DNA from: an uncultured Chthonomonadaceae bacterium
Lineage (GTDB): Bacteria; Armatimonadota; Chthonomonadetes; Chthonomonadales; Chthonomonadaceae
DNA length: 64,000 bases
Assembly (NCBI GenBank): GCA_963817895.1
Contig: CAWFQB010000014.1
Location: forward strand, 713,680 to 777,679
Direction: 5' to 3'
Part shown: positions 62,468-64,000 of the stretch, in pieces
How the letters are laid out: each line of letters starts with the position of its first letter
Numbering within the stretch: the first letter of the stretch is position 1
The notes under the pieces: model-generated
Database searches by the model: none
What the model was told of the DNA's origin: nothing
The model's input: the letters and a program-made list of their open reading frames with translations, nothing else
Position numbers and translations under genes: made by a program

Positions 62468-64000
62468 CTACTGCTTACTCAAGACGGTACGTATGGCGGC
62501 GTAGGGCGCGGTGACGGAGGCGCAGTAGTTGGGCAGGCGCATGTATTGTTTCGCGGGGAAGAGGCACTGATACGGAGCGCCTGCGGCGCGATGGGTTTCC
62601 AGCGATGTTACAAACTCGTCCAGCAGTTGTTCGGCTGTGGAACGATCTATGGATAACAGGGCGGCAATGTACCAGCCGGTGGGAAACGCCCAGTACGCGC
62701 CGTTCTGGTACGTGTCCGGCGGCGTTTGGGTTTGTTCCCAATAGCCGCCTGTTGGTCCGGCAAGGGGGAGCGGGCGTATATATCCCTCTACAACGGTTCC
62801 GCCCGCCTGATAAACAGGCGCAAATGCTGCGCGACGGCAACAGCGGTGCGGGTGCGAACCGCGCCGATGGCAACCGCATACGCCGACGCCCATATATCGT
62901 CTTTGTGTCCCTGCCCCGTCGCCGAGTACAACATCCCCACATCCTTGCCGTTGTCTTTTTCCAGAGGATGATAAAAGGCGGTGGCGATGGCAACGGGCAG
63001 ATTGCGCGCAATCTCATCGTATTTCGCGATGTTCGTCCGGTCGCCCATAGCGGCGAACAGGAACACCAAATCTTTCGCCGCGCGCCAGCGCAATACAGAC
63101 GGCATCAGACACGCGCCCGACTTACGAACCGTATCCGCAAAGCCCCAATCCACGCGCCAGTCGGTCGCCCCACTGCTCACCGTTACCAGTCCGTTCGCGT
63201 CCGTTTCGATGCTGTTGAACGCGCGGACACAGGCTTCCTCAACGGTTTCGGTTCCCCACGCGGTAGTAATTTGTGATTGGAACAGGGCCGCGTTGCCGGT
63301 CAGCCGCAAGTGTTCGCGCGCCATTTGAATGAACCAGAACGGGTTATCGGCAGGCGGCAGGTAGCCGAATTTGCCATCCCCCTGATCAAATCCCGCGTTT
63401 CCGCCCGGAAACCAGCAGGGTTCCCCGAAAAGCGTCAGGTGGTCGGGAATGCTGTACGGCGGCACGGACAACCCATTGGCGAGTTTCACGCCCTCGGGTC
63501 CGGCCTGCGTACCGGCAATCAGCCGCACCCACCCAGCCACTTCGTCCGGCGGCAATCAAATCCGGCCCAAGCATCAAAGCGGCCTCCCGAATGGAGAACA
63601 TTTTTTGCGTTTGCCCTCCGTCCGGCAGGCGTATGGTTACGGTTGAGGGTTGAGGGTTGAGGGAGGAGGGAGTAGGGATTGCCGATTTTCGATTTTCGAT
63701 TTTCGATTGTGTCTCCTTGTCTTCCCTGACCCCTAATCCTGACCCCTGACCCCTGATATTGTCGTTCGGGCGGTATCGAGCGTTTGTTTCGCGATGGACA
63801 GCAGTTTTTCGGCCTGCGCGGTGAGGTGGTCGGTTTGCTGCGCGGTTTTGACGACTTCGGGTGGCCGGGTACGGGTGATGGTAATGTTGTTGATGGCGGC
63901 GTTGAGCAGGGCGGAATTGGCGTTGTTCAGCGCCTGCGTGATCTGCGGCGCGCGCAGGGGCGACAGCGAGAAGGGAGCCTGCGTCGCGTTGTTCGGGTCG
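62468..64000 (-). CDS. Probable six-hairpin glycosidase-like protein, entering from the right edge (frameshifts)
   Basis: DWGFADTV, DDIWASAYAV, YQNGAYWAFPTGW; frames join through 63555, 63601 and about 63735. Confidence 0.65.

Noticed and set aside
3705..63757. Frameshifts in dnaK, ggt, the multicopper oxidase, copA, ppx and others as pseudogenes or programmed frameshifting
   Set aside because: Single-base indels are scattered through many otherwise intact genes without consistent slippery sites; uncorrected long-read error is the simpler explanation.

Overview
GC-rich bacterial chromosomal window, tentatively an Armatimonadota/Chthonomonadales-like diderm (inferred from gene content and repeat style). 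Many otherwise intact genes carry single-base frameshifts, most simply explained as long-read indel errors, so I joined them across frames. Content, left to right: topoisomerase IB (partial); two paralogous membrane proteins; rpoZ-dnaK(lid-less)-dnaJ-prmA-two HEAT-like genes-Cof HAD; ppk2; an AT-richer two-gene cassette of dGTPase plus a CCA/poly(A)-polymerase-like nucleotidyltransferase (best candidate defence system, Clover-like architecture); an ABC-2 transporter; ada/alkA-ogt; ggt; a decayed prophage-like patch (LexA-type HTH, candidate type I toxin, solitary CRISPR-like repeat, twin palindromes); a HEPN pair; mhq-like genes; an Nramp-porin-mgtE-MFS cluster; a copper island led by a Cys-rich RAPP leader ORF (2-domain multicopper oxidase, porin-like, YtkA-like, YHS, csoR, copA); ppx; RRM, CsbD, GNAT and glycan-active genes; hisG; ruvA; Uma2; and a second AT-rich cassette (PIN-like plus restriction-endonuclease-like). 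Short 6-9 bp tandem repeats are pervasive, form inverted pairs between genes, and are also translated as insertions inside unrelated proteins. No rRNA, tRNA, transposase or CRISPR array was recognised. Family calls come from motif recognition by eye, not from database searches.
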